From Promethearchaeota archaeon (GTDB lineage: Archaea; Asgardarchaeota; Lokiarchaeia; Sigyniarchaeales; SOKP01): a stretch of DNA of 64,000 bases. Location of the stretch: assembly GCA_019057795.1 (NCBI GenBank), contig JAHLWS010000052.1, positions 32,835 through 96,834 on the forward strand, given 5' to 3'. Below, piece by piece: positions 22,073-32,900 of this stretch. The notes below the pieces were generated by a model. The model had not been told where the DNA came from. It made no database searches and worked only from the letters and a program-made list of their open reading frames with translations. A program made the translations under genes and the position numbers. Numbering within the stretch: position 1 is the stretch's first letter; each line of letters opens with the position of its first letter.

Positions 22073-22543
22073 ATGTTGGATGAAAAATTAAAGAATCAAA
22101 TTATAGATAAAGAAGTATATAAAACAAAAATAGCCAAAAAATATACCATATTTCTGGCACAATATCCTGAGATTTTTTCTGATTTAATTTCAGGCTCCAT
22201 CTTTGATTTCGGCCTTTATGATTCAATTGAAACATACTATAAAGAATCTCCAGTAGATATGTTTAATGTGCTTAGAAAAGGAAATGGAATTGAAATAAAA
22301 CCAGGCGGAGCAGTTGATTCGGATTTACAATTAGCGCTCTCGGTAAGTGCGGTTAAAAAATTAATTCAAACGAAATCAAAAGTGGAATATGCAGAACTTT
22401 GCGGATCATTTTATAATGATCCAGATGATGAGAAAGGATGGATTGATTTTGTATTATATAAAAGATCGCAAACTATAATCAACATGGGCTATGGAAAGTT
22501 TGCCCAGACTGCTGGTATCATCGAAGATTATAATAGTATTTAA
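22073..22543 (+). CDS. Hypothetical protein (possibly SCP2-like)
   Basis: Clean ORF within an operon. 'DSDLQLALS...KKLI' loosely resembles SCP2. Confidence 0.45.
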   Translation: MLDEKLKNQIIDKEVYKTKIAKKYTIFLAQYPEIFSDLISGSIFDFGLYDSIETYYKESPVDMFNVLRKGNGIEIKPGGAVDSDLQLALSVSAVKKLIQTKSKVEYAELCGSFYNDPDDEKGWIDFVLYKRSQTIINMGYGKFAQTAGIIEDYNSI

Positions 22544-22600
22544 AAATCTTCTTGATTGAATATTAGAAACATCAGTAAAATTAGAAAGGCAATTAAAAAT

Positions 22601-24094
22601 ATGACAAAAGTTCAAGAATTAGAAATAAAAAATAAATACACTGGGGAAGTTATAAGAACTATCCCTGCTGACACACCGGAAACAGTTCAAGCAAAAATAA
22701 AAAAAGTACATAAAAATCAACATTTATTAAGAGAAATGGACTTCTTTGAACGTGCTCAACTTCTCTCTAAATATGCAAGTAAAATGCGATTTAAAAAGAA
22801 AAAACTAAAAGATTTAGTTGTAGCAGAAGGAGGTTTACCGATCAAATATTCGGAATGGGAATTGAACATTGTTCTAACAGGATTCAAATTTTGCGATTGG
22901 TATTATCAATTTATAGAAGACAGACCATTAACGGGTATTGAAGGAGAGAAAAATGTAATAATAAAATATATTCCACACGGATTATCTGCTTGTATTTCTC
23001 CACGTAACACACCTATTAGCCTTCCCCTTTATCAGATGGGTGCTAATTATTTGGTAGGAAATGGTGTGATTGTTAAACCATCTACCGCATGCCCCTTAAC
23101 CATGTTAGAAGCCTATTCCACCATGAAGGATATGGATTTTCCGGGTTTAGATGCATTAGATTTGGTTATAGCTCCCGGAGAATGGGCAGTAGACGAATTT
23201 CTTAAATCTCATTTAATCAAGATTATTATGACGGTTACCTCTTCACATACTGCAAAAGATATTCTTGTGAGATATGGAAGGATGCTGAAAAAAACTGCAG
23301 ATAAATCAATGGGTGTCACAATGTATACTCAACCTTTCAAACAATTCTTCTTTGAGTGCGCAGGAAATGATGCTGGAATAGTAATGAATGATGTTAATTT
23401 AGAAAAAGTAGCAAAATGGAATGCCGTGGCAAGTTACACCAATTCAGGTCAACAATGTTTCTCAATGAAGCGAATTATAGTCCACCAAGATATATATGAT
23501 GAGTATGTGGAGTGTTTAATAAAAGAAATTGAGAAATTAAAATATGGAGACCCCACAGATCCCACTGTTGATATTGGACCATTAGGAAGTCGACGTATAC
23601 TAATGATGATGGAAGTGATGGTGGCTGATGCTAAAGAATATGGTGTTAAAATCTATACCGGAGCAGAAAAAATTGATACTGGCGAGGATTATGGATTGTT
23701 TTACAAACCAACTCTGGTTGAAATTAAACCAGAATTATGTGAAGATTTAACAAAAGCGCCGTTTTTGTGGAGAGAAGAGGCTTTTGGACCTGTCCGTTCT
23801 ATTACTAAAGCCAAAGATATGAAAGATGCAATTAGATTAGCAAATGCAAGTAATTATGGTATGAGAGCAGTAGTCTACACTTCTAATTTGAACAACATTG
23901 AGGTTTTTAAGAATCAGTTAGAAGCTGCAAATATTTATATTAACGCAAGACCTATGCTTGTTGACATTACGGTTTCTTTAGGAGGAATTAAAGATTCTGC
24001 TTATCCCGCAGGTTGCAAATATTATCCCCAAGAATTAGTTTATGGAAAATATATTTATGATGGTACTCCGCTGAATTTAGAAAAAATTAAATAA
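22601..24094 (+). CDS. Aldehyde dehydrogenase family protein
   Basis: ISPRN, VKPS, ECAGND, NSGQQC, EEAFGP and NASNYGM motifs. The likely start is the ATG at 22601. Confidence 0.88.
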   Translation: MTKVQELEIKNKYTGEVIRTIPADTPETVQAKIKKVHKNQHLLREMDFFERAQLLSKYASKMRFKKKKLKDLVVAEGGLPIKYSEWELNIVLTGFKFCDWYYQFIEDRPLTGIEGEKNVIIKYIPHGLSACISPRNTPISLPLYQMGANYLVGNGVIVKPSTACPLTMLEAYSTMKDMDFPGLDALDLVIAPGEWAVDEFLKSHLIKIIMTVTSSHTAKDILVRYGRMLKKTADKSMGVTMYTQPFKQFFFECAGNDAGIVMNDVNLEKVAKWNAVASYTNSGQQCFSMKRIIVHQDIYDEYVECLIKEIEKLKYGDPTDPTVDIGPLGSRRILMMMEVMVADAKEYGVKIYTGAEKIDTGEDYGLFYKPTLVEIKPELCEDLTKAPFLWREEAFGPVRSITKAKDMKDAIRLANASNYGMRAVVYTSNLNNIEVFKNQLEAANIYINARPMLVDITVSLGGIKDSAYPAGCKYYPQELVYGKYIYDGTPLNLEKIK

Positions 24095-24106
24095 ATTTCA
24101 TTCAAA

Positions 24107-24514
24107 ATGGAAGCTGAAGAATTATACACAAAATTAAAAGAATTTTTTCCAAATAAATTAGATTTAATGAGACATCTACATGTGAATGCCTGCTGGGAGT
24201 ATTATATCACTGAAAATTCCACCAACGATACCATTTTCAAACTACACTATTATTTATTCAAAAAGAATGAAAATTCATTAGAGATGACAAAAGAGGTACC
24301 CGATATTAAAACAGATTTAGTTTTATATTTTACAGAAAAAGCTATTTTATATTTAATTGAAGGAAATTCAAGCGCAGAAGAATATTATGCTCGGTATCAT
24401 AAATTAATGAACAATCCTCAATCCGGCATCGAAGTGGACAGTAAAGTAAATAAACCTAGACTAAAGCTTTGGCAGATTGGATATAAAAAATGGCAAAAAG
24501 ACTTTAAATTTTAA
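24107..24514 (+). CDS. Hypothetical protein (distant paralogue of 22073)
   Basis: Shares a 'DLvLyf..kAi..LI...S..EY' pattern and a C-terminal 'GY.Kw/f' with 22073..22543. Confidence 0.5.
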   Translation: MEAEELYTKLKEFFPNKLDLMRHLHVNACWEYYITENSTNDTIFKLHYYLFKKNENSLEMTKEVPDIKTDLVLYFTEKAILYLIEGNSSAEEYYARYHKLMNNPQSGIEVDSKVNKPRLKLWQIGYKKWQKDFKF

Positions 24515-24653
24515 CTTCGCACGGTTAAGAAAAGAAAATAAAGACTAAGAATAAATCTTTTTAACAGTTTTTTATTCACCTTAAATTTCCTTTATTCTCT
24601 TATTTAAAAAATAAGAATATTAAAAATAGAATTTTATATTGATGATTATTATA

Positions 24654-25340
24654 TTAAAAAGAAGTAGTTTTAATTAGCTTCTTCTTTAAAGAAATGAAAA
24701 TTATAGCAACAATAGCCACTATTGAAAATCCTATAAAATGAGTCCCAAAAGGGATAATCCGAAATGTTCCTTCCAGTTTTATTATAACTTGGTCAGATTC
24801 ATCGGAGTATGTTTCAACTGCAAGAATTCCTCTCGTATCATATTCCTTTTCCCATAGATAATCTTTTCCAGTATCACTTACTGCTTGCTTAAATATTGAA
24901 AAACCATCTCTATAATATTCTGATGGTAAAAATCCTACAACTTCTGTGAGATAATCCTCCAAAGGAGTGAGACAGAATATAGATTCTTCATAGAGTTCTG
25001 GATTCTTAAATATGTGTAGAGTTATATCTTTTCCACTCAATCCCCAATCGGTTTTGTAATCCCAAAATTCTATCCTTATCACATAAGAAATGGTAGCTTC
25101 AGAAATTTCCCTGATAATCATTCTATTTTGATCCCCTAACTCAAAATTTGGGTCAAATCCAAAGATTTCTCTAAATCTTGTTAAATCTAATTCAGTAATC
25201 TCCCAAATCAATTCTGTTCCCTCATTAAAACTCACTGAATACCCATAATCTTGTGCTTTAGTATTTAAATTAAGGCATGTGCTAAATATAAAGAAATTTA
25301 GCAAAACAATTGAGCAAATAATTTTATGTTTTTGTTTCAC
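24654..25340 (-). CDS. Exported protein with a C-terminal IPFG-TM-basic anchor
   Basis: N-terminal signal-like segment; C-terminus 'IPFGTHFIGFSIVAIVAIIFISLKKK'. Confidence 0.6.
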   Translation of the reverse strand: MKQKHKIICSIVLLNFFIFSTCLNLNTKAQDYGYSVSFNEGTELIWEITELDLTRFREIFGFDPNFELGDQNRMIIREISEATISYVIRIEFWDYKTDWGLSGKDITLHIFKNPELYEESIFCLTPLEDYLTEVVGFLPSEYYRDGFSIFKQAVSDTGKDYLWEKEYDTRGILAVETYSDESDQVIIKLEGTFRIIPFGTHFIGFSIVAIVAIIFISLKKKLIKTTSF

Positions 25341-25575
25341 TTTACCATCAAAAAGTATTTACTTAAAATTTTTACAATAGAATATCTTAAATAATAAATT
25401 GAAAAATAAATATTTTCTTTAATTTAAAAATTTGATTTAAGATTTTCGTATCTGTTTAAAATACAACAAAACTTGCAATTATCCAAAATACCTCAATTAA
25501 ATAATATATATCAATAACAATATTTATTTTCGATTTAATATTGAAAACATTTAATTCAATTAAGGTGAAAAAAAT

Positions 25576-27006
25576 TTGAATAAAGAAGAAATTTGTTTTA
25601 TGCCAGCTTACGAGATGTTAGAAAAAATTAAGACGCAAGAACTGACATCTACTGAAATTACTGAAACTATAATTGAAAGAATTGAAAGAATCAATCCTAT
25701 AATAAATGCTTATTGTACTCCTACTTTTGAATTAGCAAGAGAAACTGCCAAAAAAGCAGATGAAATAGTTAAAAAAGGTGAAAAATTAGGATTATTACAT
25801 GGAATTCCTACTTCAATTAAAGATCTAATGCTATTAAAAGGGATTAGAACTACTTATGGTTCATTGTTGCACGAGAATTTTATTCCTGAAGATGATGAAA
25901 TTGTTGTAAAACGATTGAAAAAAGCAGGGTGTGTTATACTAGGAAAAACAAATACACCTGAATTCGGACATGTCGCTCTTACAAATAATAAGATTTTTGG
26001 AGAAACAAAGAATCCATGGGATAGAGAGACAAATTCTGGAGGATCAAGTGGTGGAGCGGCAGCTTCAGTTGCAGCGGGAATTGGACCTTTAGCTTTAGGG
26101 TCAGATGGAGGAGGTTCAATTAGGGTTCCCAGCAGTTGTTGTGGAGTTTATGGGTTAAAACCGACATTTGGACGCATTCCTCGATATCCACATGATACCA
26201 TTACATTTTGGTCAATGGATCATTATGGACCGATTGTTAGATACGTGAAAGATGCTGCTTTAATGTTAAATGTAATGAAAGGTTATCATCCTGCTGATAA
26301 AAATTCTTTAACTGACGATAACATCGATTATGTAAAAATACTTGAAGAAAAACCTAAAAAAACAAAGATTGGTTATTCAATGACCTTAGGTTTTGGGAAA
26401 GCTCTTGAAGATGAAGTTAAAGAGAGCATTCTTGATGGTATTCAAAAGTTTGAACAATATGATTGGGATGTAGAAGAAGCTAAATTAAAAATAAAAAACC
26501 CAGGATCGGCATTTAAAACTTTTGCTAGTATAGGTTACGCCTATGACTTGCAAAAAGCTTATAATAATAGATTTGAAGATCTTTGCCCAGATTTAATTTC
26601 TATAATAAAACTAGGACTAGATACTAGTTCTATGAATATTGGGAAAGCTAGAGAACAAAGAAAGCGAGTTTACGAAGTCATGTATCAATATTTTAGGAAT
26701 TATGATGTACTGATTACACCGACAACGCCCTGCCCTGCCTTTAAACCCGGCTGGTCAGAATCAGGGACAACATTTCCAACAATAGGTAAAAAAACATTAA
26801 GTACTATGGATTGGATAATGTATACATTTCCTTTTAATATGACAGGGTTGCCAGCTGCTTCAATTCCATCTGGTTGGACTAATTCTGGTTTACCAATTGG
26901 AATGCAAATTGTTGGTAAGCGCTATGACGAAAGAACAGTTCTTCAAGTCTCAAAAGCTTTTGAAGATATTGCTCCATGGCAAGATAAAAAACCACAATTC
27001 AATTAA
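25576..27006 (+). CDS. Amidase signature family (GatA-like)
   Basis: IKDL, GKTNTPEFG, GGSSGG and GSDGGGSIRVP motifs. Confidence 0.92.
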   Translation: MNKEEICFMPAYEMLEKIKTQELTSTEITETIIERIERINPIINAYCTPTFELARETAKKADEIVKKGEKLGLLHGIPTSIKDLMLLKGIRTTYGSLLHENFIPEDDEIVVKRLKKAGCVILGKTNTPEFGHVALTNNKIFGETKNPWDRETNSGGSSGGAAASVAAGIGPLALGSDGGGSIRVPSSCCGVYGLKPTFGRIPRYPHDTITFWSMDHYGPIVRYVKDAALMLNVMKGYHPADKNSLTDDNIDYVKILEEKPKKTKIGYSMTLGFGKALEDEVKESILDGIQKFEQYDWDVEEAKLKIKNPGSAFKTFASIGYAYDLQKAYNNRFEDLCPDLISIIKLGLDTSSMNIGKAREQRKRVYEVMYQYFRNYDVLITPTTPCPAFKPGWSESGTTFPTIGKKTLSTMDWIMYTFPFNMTGLPAASIPSGWTNSGLPIGMQIVGKRYDERTVLQVSKAFEDIAPWQDKKPQFN

Positions 27007-27030
27007 TTATAATATTACTTTCTTTTTTTT

Positions 27031-28131
27031 TTAAAATGACTTCATATTTGATGTTGTAATATAAGTAGAGTCGCCAATAGTTATATCATTTTTTATTAAA
27101 TCTTCTAAAATTGAGTAATCACCGATAATACTGTTAGAAGAGATAATTTTCTTCAATAAGACGCCATCTCCTATTACTGATTCGGAGAGAATACATTTTT
27201 CTAATTCTATATCGTCCCCAATCGAAACATTTGGACCTATAATTGAATTTTTAATTCTTACATTTTCTCCAATAAACACAGGAGGTACTATTTTTGAGTC
27301 TACTATATTTCCTGATTTGAACATGCTTTCGTAAAGAGGATCTTTTAATTTACTCTCAGACAATAAATAACGATTTCCCTCAAGTAATGTTTCTGGCCTT
27401 CCAAAATCTAAGATCTCTTTCTGCATCACGCTACCCTTAAGCTTTATCCCCTCTTCTATAAGTTGTTCGATTATGGGTGTAAATTGATGTTCTTTTCCAT
27501 TTACTATCTTGATCTTACTCTGTTCCTCTAAAAGCTCAAATAATCTCGAAATGGATTTCTTTCCAAAAAGATAAGCACCGGAAACGGCATAATCAGAAAT
27601 GTGAACTTGTGGTTTTTCAACAATTTTAGTTATAAAATCATTAGTGTCTAATACTGTAACACCATAGAATTGAGGGTTCTCAACCTTTTTAATATTAATA
27701 ACTCCATCGCAATTTCCTTGATGATAAGTTAATAAAATAGAAGAATATTCTTCCATTGGTAGTCTATCACTTAAAAATATAAAACAATCGTCGTCAATAG
27801 CAAAGTCCTTAGCTAATAATATTGCGTCTCCAAGACCGCTGAAAAAAGGCGTATCAGCCGAAAATCCTAGAGGTTTCTGTTCGATAAATTGAAGTTTGAA
27901 ATAATCTGAAAAGTGTTCAATTAAGTATTCAGAAATCTGCCTCTTTTTATACCCTACTATAAAAACTATAACGGTTCCTTTAGGAAAAGTACTTTTTAAC
28001 TTTATAAGTATGTGATCGATTAGCCTTTTTCCAGCAACTTTTAGAAAAGCTTTGGGTTTTGAATAAGTAAAGGGTTGTAATCGTTTTCCAACGCCTGCAA
28101 TTGGGCAAATTATTTTCAACTTTAACATCAA
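27031..28131 (-). CDS. Sugar-phosphate nucleotidyltransferase with a hexapeptide-repeat C-terminus
   Basis: AGVGKRLQPFT..KPK and VEKP motifs; left-handed beta-helix repeats. Confidence 0.88.
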   Translation of the reverse strand: MMLKLKIICPIAGVGKRLQPFTYSKPKAFLKVAGKRLIDHILIKLKSTFPKGTVIVFIVGYKKRQISEYLIEHFSDYFKLQFIEQKPLGFSADTPFFSGLGDAILLAKDFAIDDDCFIFLSDRLPMEEYSSILLTYHQGNCDGVINIKKVENPQFYGVTVLDTNDFITKIVEKPQVHISDYAVSGAYLFGKKSISRLFELLEEQSKIKIVNGKEHQFTPIIEQLIEEGIKLKGSVMQKEILDFGRPETLLEGNRYLLSESKLKDPLYESMFKSGNIVDSKIVPPVFIGENVRIKNSIIGPNVSIGDDIELEKCILSESVIGDGVLLKKIISSNSIIGDYSILEDLIKNDITIGDSTYITTSNMKSF

Positions 28132-28658
28132 CTATCTAATATTTCTCTTAAAATTTCATAATATTCCGCTTCTTTTAATTTTTCTTTTACTAGAGTTTTT
28201 AATTTTCTTAAATAATAGTTATCTGAAGTCGTTTTCGTCGTGTTTTTGAGTTTCTTATTTAAAGCTATTCTCGTTTTTTCATCTAAAAAATTGACCGGAA
28301 TAGATTTATAATTATTAATCAAGTTTTTTTTATTAAATTCTCCCGAAGCTTCTTTTTGTTGTTTCAAACTGGCAGTAAGAATTAGATATAAATTTGCGAC
28401 CCATGTTTCTATTCTTTCTAAATCTCCTTTTATATAAGATCTATTAATTAACCAATCCTTAAACTCAATAACACTGTTCAAAAATTCCGTTCTTTTATCT
28501 TTTTTATTACTTGCGTTTACATTCTTCTGTACTATTTTACGAATCTTTTGAACTTTTAAATCTTTTCTTTCTTCTTTAGACAATTTGGCGTATGTGTCCT
28601 CTCTTAATTTTTTTTCCTCAGCGGTATCTTTATCGTCCAGCCATTTATCCATTGACAT
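28128..28658 (-). CDS. Hypothetical protein
   Basis: Clean ORF overlapping the next gene by 4 bp. Confidence 0.6.
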   Translation of the reverse strand: MSMDKWLDDKDTAEEKKLREDTYAKLSKEERKDLKVQKIRKIVQKNVNASNKKDKRTEFLNSVIEFKDWLINRSYIKGDLERIETWVANLYLILTASLKQQKEASGEFNKKNLINNYKSIPVNFLDEKTRIALNKKLKNTTKTTSDNYYLRKLKTLVKEKLKEAEYYEILREILDS

Positions 28659-28789
28659 TATTCTAATAATAATTAAAGTTTGATTTTAAAAATTACTTAT
28701 CTATTAAATAATTAATATAAAGAAAAAATTCCGTTTTAAATTCTGAGAGAGATAGTTTAATATTGATTTAAGTTATTAATATATATAGA

Positions 28790-29569
28790 ATGAGAGTAAA
28801 AGGAGTGATATTTGATTTTGGTTTTACATTGTTTTCCTTTGAGAATCCGTCAATTGAAAAATATTACGATTGCTTTAATCGTGGATTATTGAAAACACTT
28901 GATATTCTAAAACAAGAGAAAATTATAGAAGAAAAAGAAAAAATTATAGATAATTTTATTAAAATCTTCAATAGAAAAAGAAATATCTTTTTTAAATCGT
29001 CATTAAAAACGAAGGAAGAATTTCCAACTACACTATTATTCAAAAGCGTGTTAACTGCGTTAAAAGAAAGAGGATATAGTATTAAAGACGAGAATGTTAA
29101 AGAAGAGTTTATAGAAAATTTAGCTGAAATTTATCATTCTTGTGAAGAGGAAGAATGGAAACCCTATAAAGAAACGAGATATACCTTAGAATCACTATCT
29201 AAATCCTCGTACTTAAAAATAGGTCTTATTTCAAATCATCCAAACCATAAAACTATAAAAAACTTGCTCAAAAATAATGAAATGAAGCATTATTTCGATG
29301 CAATCGTTACTTCTGCAAAATTTGGTAAAAGAAAACCCAATCCGGATATTTTTTTTCATACATTAAAGAAAATGGGATTAAATAAAGACGATGCAAAGGA
29401 TTGTATGATGGTGGGTGATGAAGCTGCCGACGCTGTTGGCGCTTACAGAGCAGGCATGCAACTCATCTTAAAGGAAAGAGAATACGAATTTCCCTTTGAA
29501 AGAGAAATTAATTTGCCAAATTTAATAAAAATAAAATCGATTAAAGAAGTATTAAACTACATAGAATAG
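28790..29569 (+). CDS. HAD-family hydrolase
   Basis: IFDFGFTL, ISN, KPNPDIF and VGD motifs. Confidence 0.85.
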   Translation: MRVKGVIFDFGFTLFSFENPSIEKYYDCFNRGLLKTLDILKQEKIIEEKEKIIDNFIKIFNRKRNIFFKSSLKTKEEFPTTLLFKSVLTALKERGYSIKDENVKEEFIENLAEIYHSCEEEEWKPYKETRYTLESLSKSSYLKIGLISNHPNHKTIKNLLKNNEMKHYFDAIVTSAKFGKRKPNPDIFFHTLKKMGLNKDDAKDCMMVGDEAADAVGAYRAGMQLILKEREYEFPFEREINLPNLIKIKSIKEVLNYIE

Positions 29570-29573
29570 ATAT

Positions 29574-29639
29574 AAAGTAGCCCAGAGGGGAATTATTCCT
29601 TCTTAAAGAATTTTTGAGAAGATTGAACCCCTGATCACT
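29574..29639 (-). repeat. att-like direct repeat: copy of the tRNA-Arg 3' part including its intron
   Basis: 66 bp matching 34557-34622 with 2 mismatches (29594 and 29613). Confidence 0.93.
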
Positions 29640-29907
29640 GGGTTTCTGTCTATAAACATAGTTAAGCATCACTTTAAGTTTTTTACCAGCTTGAGCGTAC
29701 CCACCCATCATTTCTTCGAATTGAGTATAACCGCCCAGCACATTGGCAAGCACGGCGTACAGAGATTGATGGGCCAAACCCTAGTTTCGATTTCACCAAG
29801 ATTAATTTTGGGGCAATCTCCAAAAATATATATTGTAATTTTAGATATACAATGCAAATAGTTAAAATTATCGTGAAATTATTAAAAAAAATTTGCATCT
29901 TAATTTT

Positions 29908-32900
29908 TTAACTATCAGTAAAAAAACTACCTCCAAAGCCTTCTTCCCAATCGAAAATGGATCTTAATTCGTAATCGAGATCAATGGAATTTGGGAATAC
30001 TTTGATTCGATTAAATACATCTTCGTTATGAAAAATGTTAATTTTTTTTTTTTTTTTTATTTCAGTATATAATCTTAAGGTAAGATTCATTATAACCTCA
30101 TCAAGGCTATATTTTTTTAAGATTAAATCTAGAAATTCAATTGGTACATATTCAGAAGATTTACTATGAAACGCTATACATATAAGAATATTCTTTAAAA
30201 CTAGGAGATTATCTGCTTGACCAAACCAGATTTTAAATTTATGATAAGAGATCTTGTTTACAAGATTTAATCTTAAAATAAATTCAGATATTGCTATTTT
30301 TTCCTCATAGGGTCGAGTTAGCAGAATAAGATCAATTTTTTCCAACCAATATTCTATATCATTTGGAAGTTTGTCTGGTTTTTTTTCATAATATAATCCT
30401 AAAAGATGAATTAAATAAGAAATATCATTGGGATATATCTTTCTTGAATAAATTTCTTGGTCTTCATCCAAAATCTCCATACTCTGCTCCAAGAGTTTTT
30501 TTAAGATTCCAATATGATCATATTTGTAAAGAATTAATCCAATCAATTTAATCGGAAAAAATAATCTAATAAATTTAATAATTTTATTAATAACTATGTT
30601 GGATTTGCCTTTCAATTTAAAAAAGTTCATCTTTGTAAGTCTATAAATAAGATATTTAATCATACGAACAGAGTAAAGGAATTCTTCATTTTCCAATATT
30701 TCTTTTTTTTGTTTAATAATATCTCCTCTTAAATCTTCATTTTTAGAATCATCTAATTGATCCAATGAATTATGGACATGATCCCATTTCTCTAATTCTG
30801 AATTGAGTTTATTGTACATTTCTTTTGCAAAATCATAACATTTAGATAACCAACTCCAATTGAATTCTAAAAAATATTTAGGAAATTCGTTGCTGGCAAA
30901 ATCTAAGATATTTTTATTAATTTTAAATTTAGTATCTTTACTTTTAATAAGATCTTCAATTTCCTCAATAAATTCAGGATTGTTTAACTTAAAATTAACT
31001 AAAATTAAATATTTTAAAAGGGCATCTTCATTAAAAATGATTCCTTGTAATTCTAAAGCTTTAGAAATCTTTTCAGCCATATTTTTCAAATTACTTTTAT
31101 TAATTATTTTTTCCTTTTTTCTTTGAAGATATAAGATTATACTAAGACCATATTTAATGGGTCGAATAAGATCAAAATACCTTTTTGTATATTCTTTAAA
31201 AATTCTATTATACTCATATTTAAAAGAATTTCTATCAATATCTTTAATTTCAAATTTTTCTTCTTTTAGTTCTAAATTTAATTTATTTAATTGGGTTTTT
31301 AGAAAATCTTTAAATTCTTCCCTCGACTCTTTATCATTGGGAGCTTTTAAAATTATTTTAAGATCATCCATATAACGAGCATAGTTTACAACATAAGGAT
31401 GAGATAATAAATTACTATCTAAATCTGAAATCATAAGGTTAGCAATTAAAGAAGATAATGAAGAACCAATTGGTATACCTTTTTGATCTCCAATTAAATT
31501 AAGTAGGATTGGAATATAGTTTAGGGGAATCCCTAACTTGTCAAATTTATTAATCAAATTCTCTTTTAGTAAATTGCGATCAATTGAATCAAAGTAATTC
31601 TTGATGTCAGCTAAACAAAGTAAATACTGTCGATTATCTCTTTCAATTTCAAAATTAGAAAATTTATTGTAGCCTATTGTAAAAAACTGATAGATGCGGT
31701 CTATTCTTTTAATTTTACAAAATCTGGAACCAAGAACAGACTTATTAAGAGAATCATCCAATTTTTTTCCTATGTACGATAAAATTATAATACTCAAAGT
31801 CGTTACTGGGAAATTTATAAGAGTAAAATTTCGATATTTATTTGGAATTAAACCTTTTTGAATTTTATAATTTAGAAATCTCATATTTTTATAATTTGGT
31901 ATATAATTTTTGAAAAGTTTAGAAGTTAAATCAATATTCCATTCAGTTAGATAAATCCCTATAAAATCAGTTAATCGTTCCTGAAGGAGCCATCTTTTAA
32001 CTTTATTCAGTATTAAAATCAAATCAATTTCATACTTTAAAATATTTGATTTTTCAAGGACTTCGGTTATATATTTATTCCGATTATCTCCAATTAAGGC
32101 TTTAAAGTCGCTATAAATTGCTGAGTAATTGGATTGCATTCCTTTTGGTTTTTTACAGCTTGATTCCAACTTCCTGAGATAAAACATATTATCTTGAAAG
32201 TTTTTATTGAGTTCATCTAAGTTTAAACCTGATTGATATCTAAACGGCTCTATTACAAAAGTATAAAATACTGAGCTTTCAGCTCTTTTTATTAATTTTT
32301 CAACTATGGTATTGAAATTTTTTATTCCAGATGACATACTTGCATTATATCCTAGAATATAATAATCGGCTGGATTAGATTCTAACCAATCTTCAATTTT
32401 CATATCAATATCGTCAAAGTTACCATCGTCATGTTTTGTTATAACTTCGATTTTTATTGCTCTGTTGTATATTTCCTTTTTTAATTCTTCAATTAAATTT
32501 AATCCATCCATTAATGAGAAAAAAGATTTATCTAAACCAAAAATTTTTAATTCAAAAGAGCCTCCACCATATATTTCGGAGTTAATCAAAATTTCATCAA
32601 TTAAACCTAATGAAAATGTAAATGGACCACAACCAAAATCAACTATATTTATTTTACCGCATCCAAGGGGAATACAATTTGTTTCTTGAAAAGCTCTCCG
32701 TGATTTTGCATAATGTAGCGGAAATTTAGTTTTTAAATAGTAAATAGCTTCATCAGGATTTCTGGGACAATGTTCAAATTTCTTTTTTATATTACTTTTA
32801 TTAAATGACCTTGATACATATCTAGAATAAACTTCTTCTAATGGTCTGGAAAATTCCATCTCAACAAATCTTTCATCTATATACAACTTGTATAAAATTT

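Noticed and set aside
29541-29777. ORF running through the att copy as the N-terminal piece of an SSV-type split integrase
   Set aside because: Joined across att to the other island end, the frame stops after a few codons (GYFFPN-stop), and no tyrosine-recombinase motifs are found in the island.
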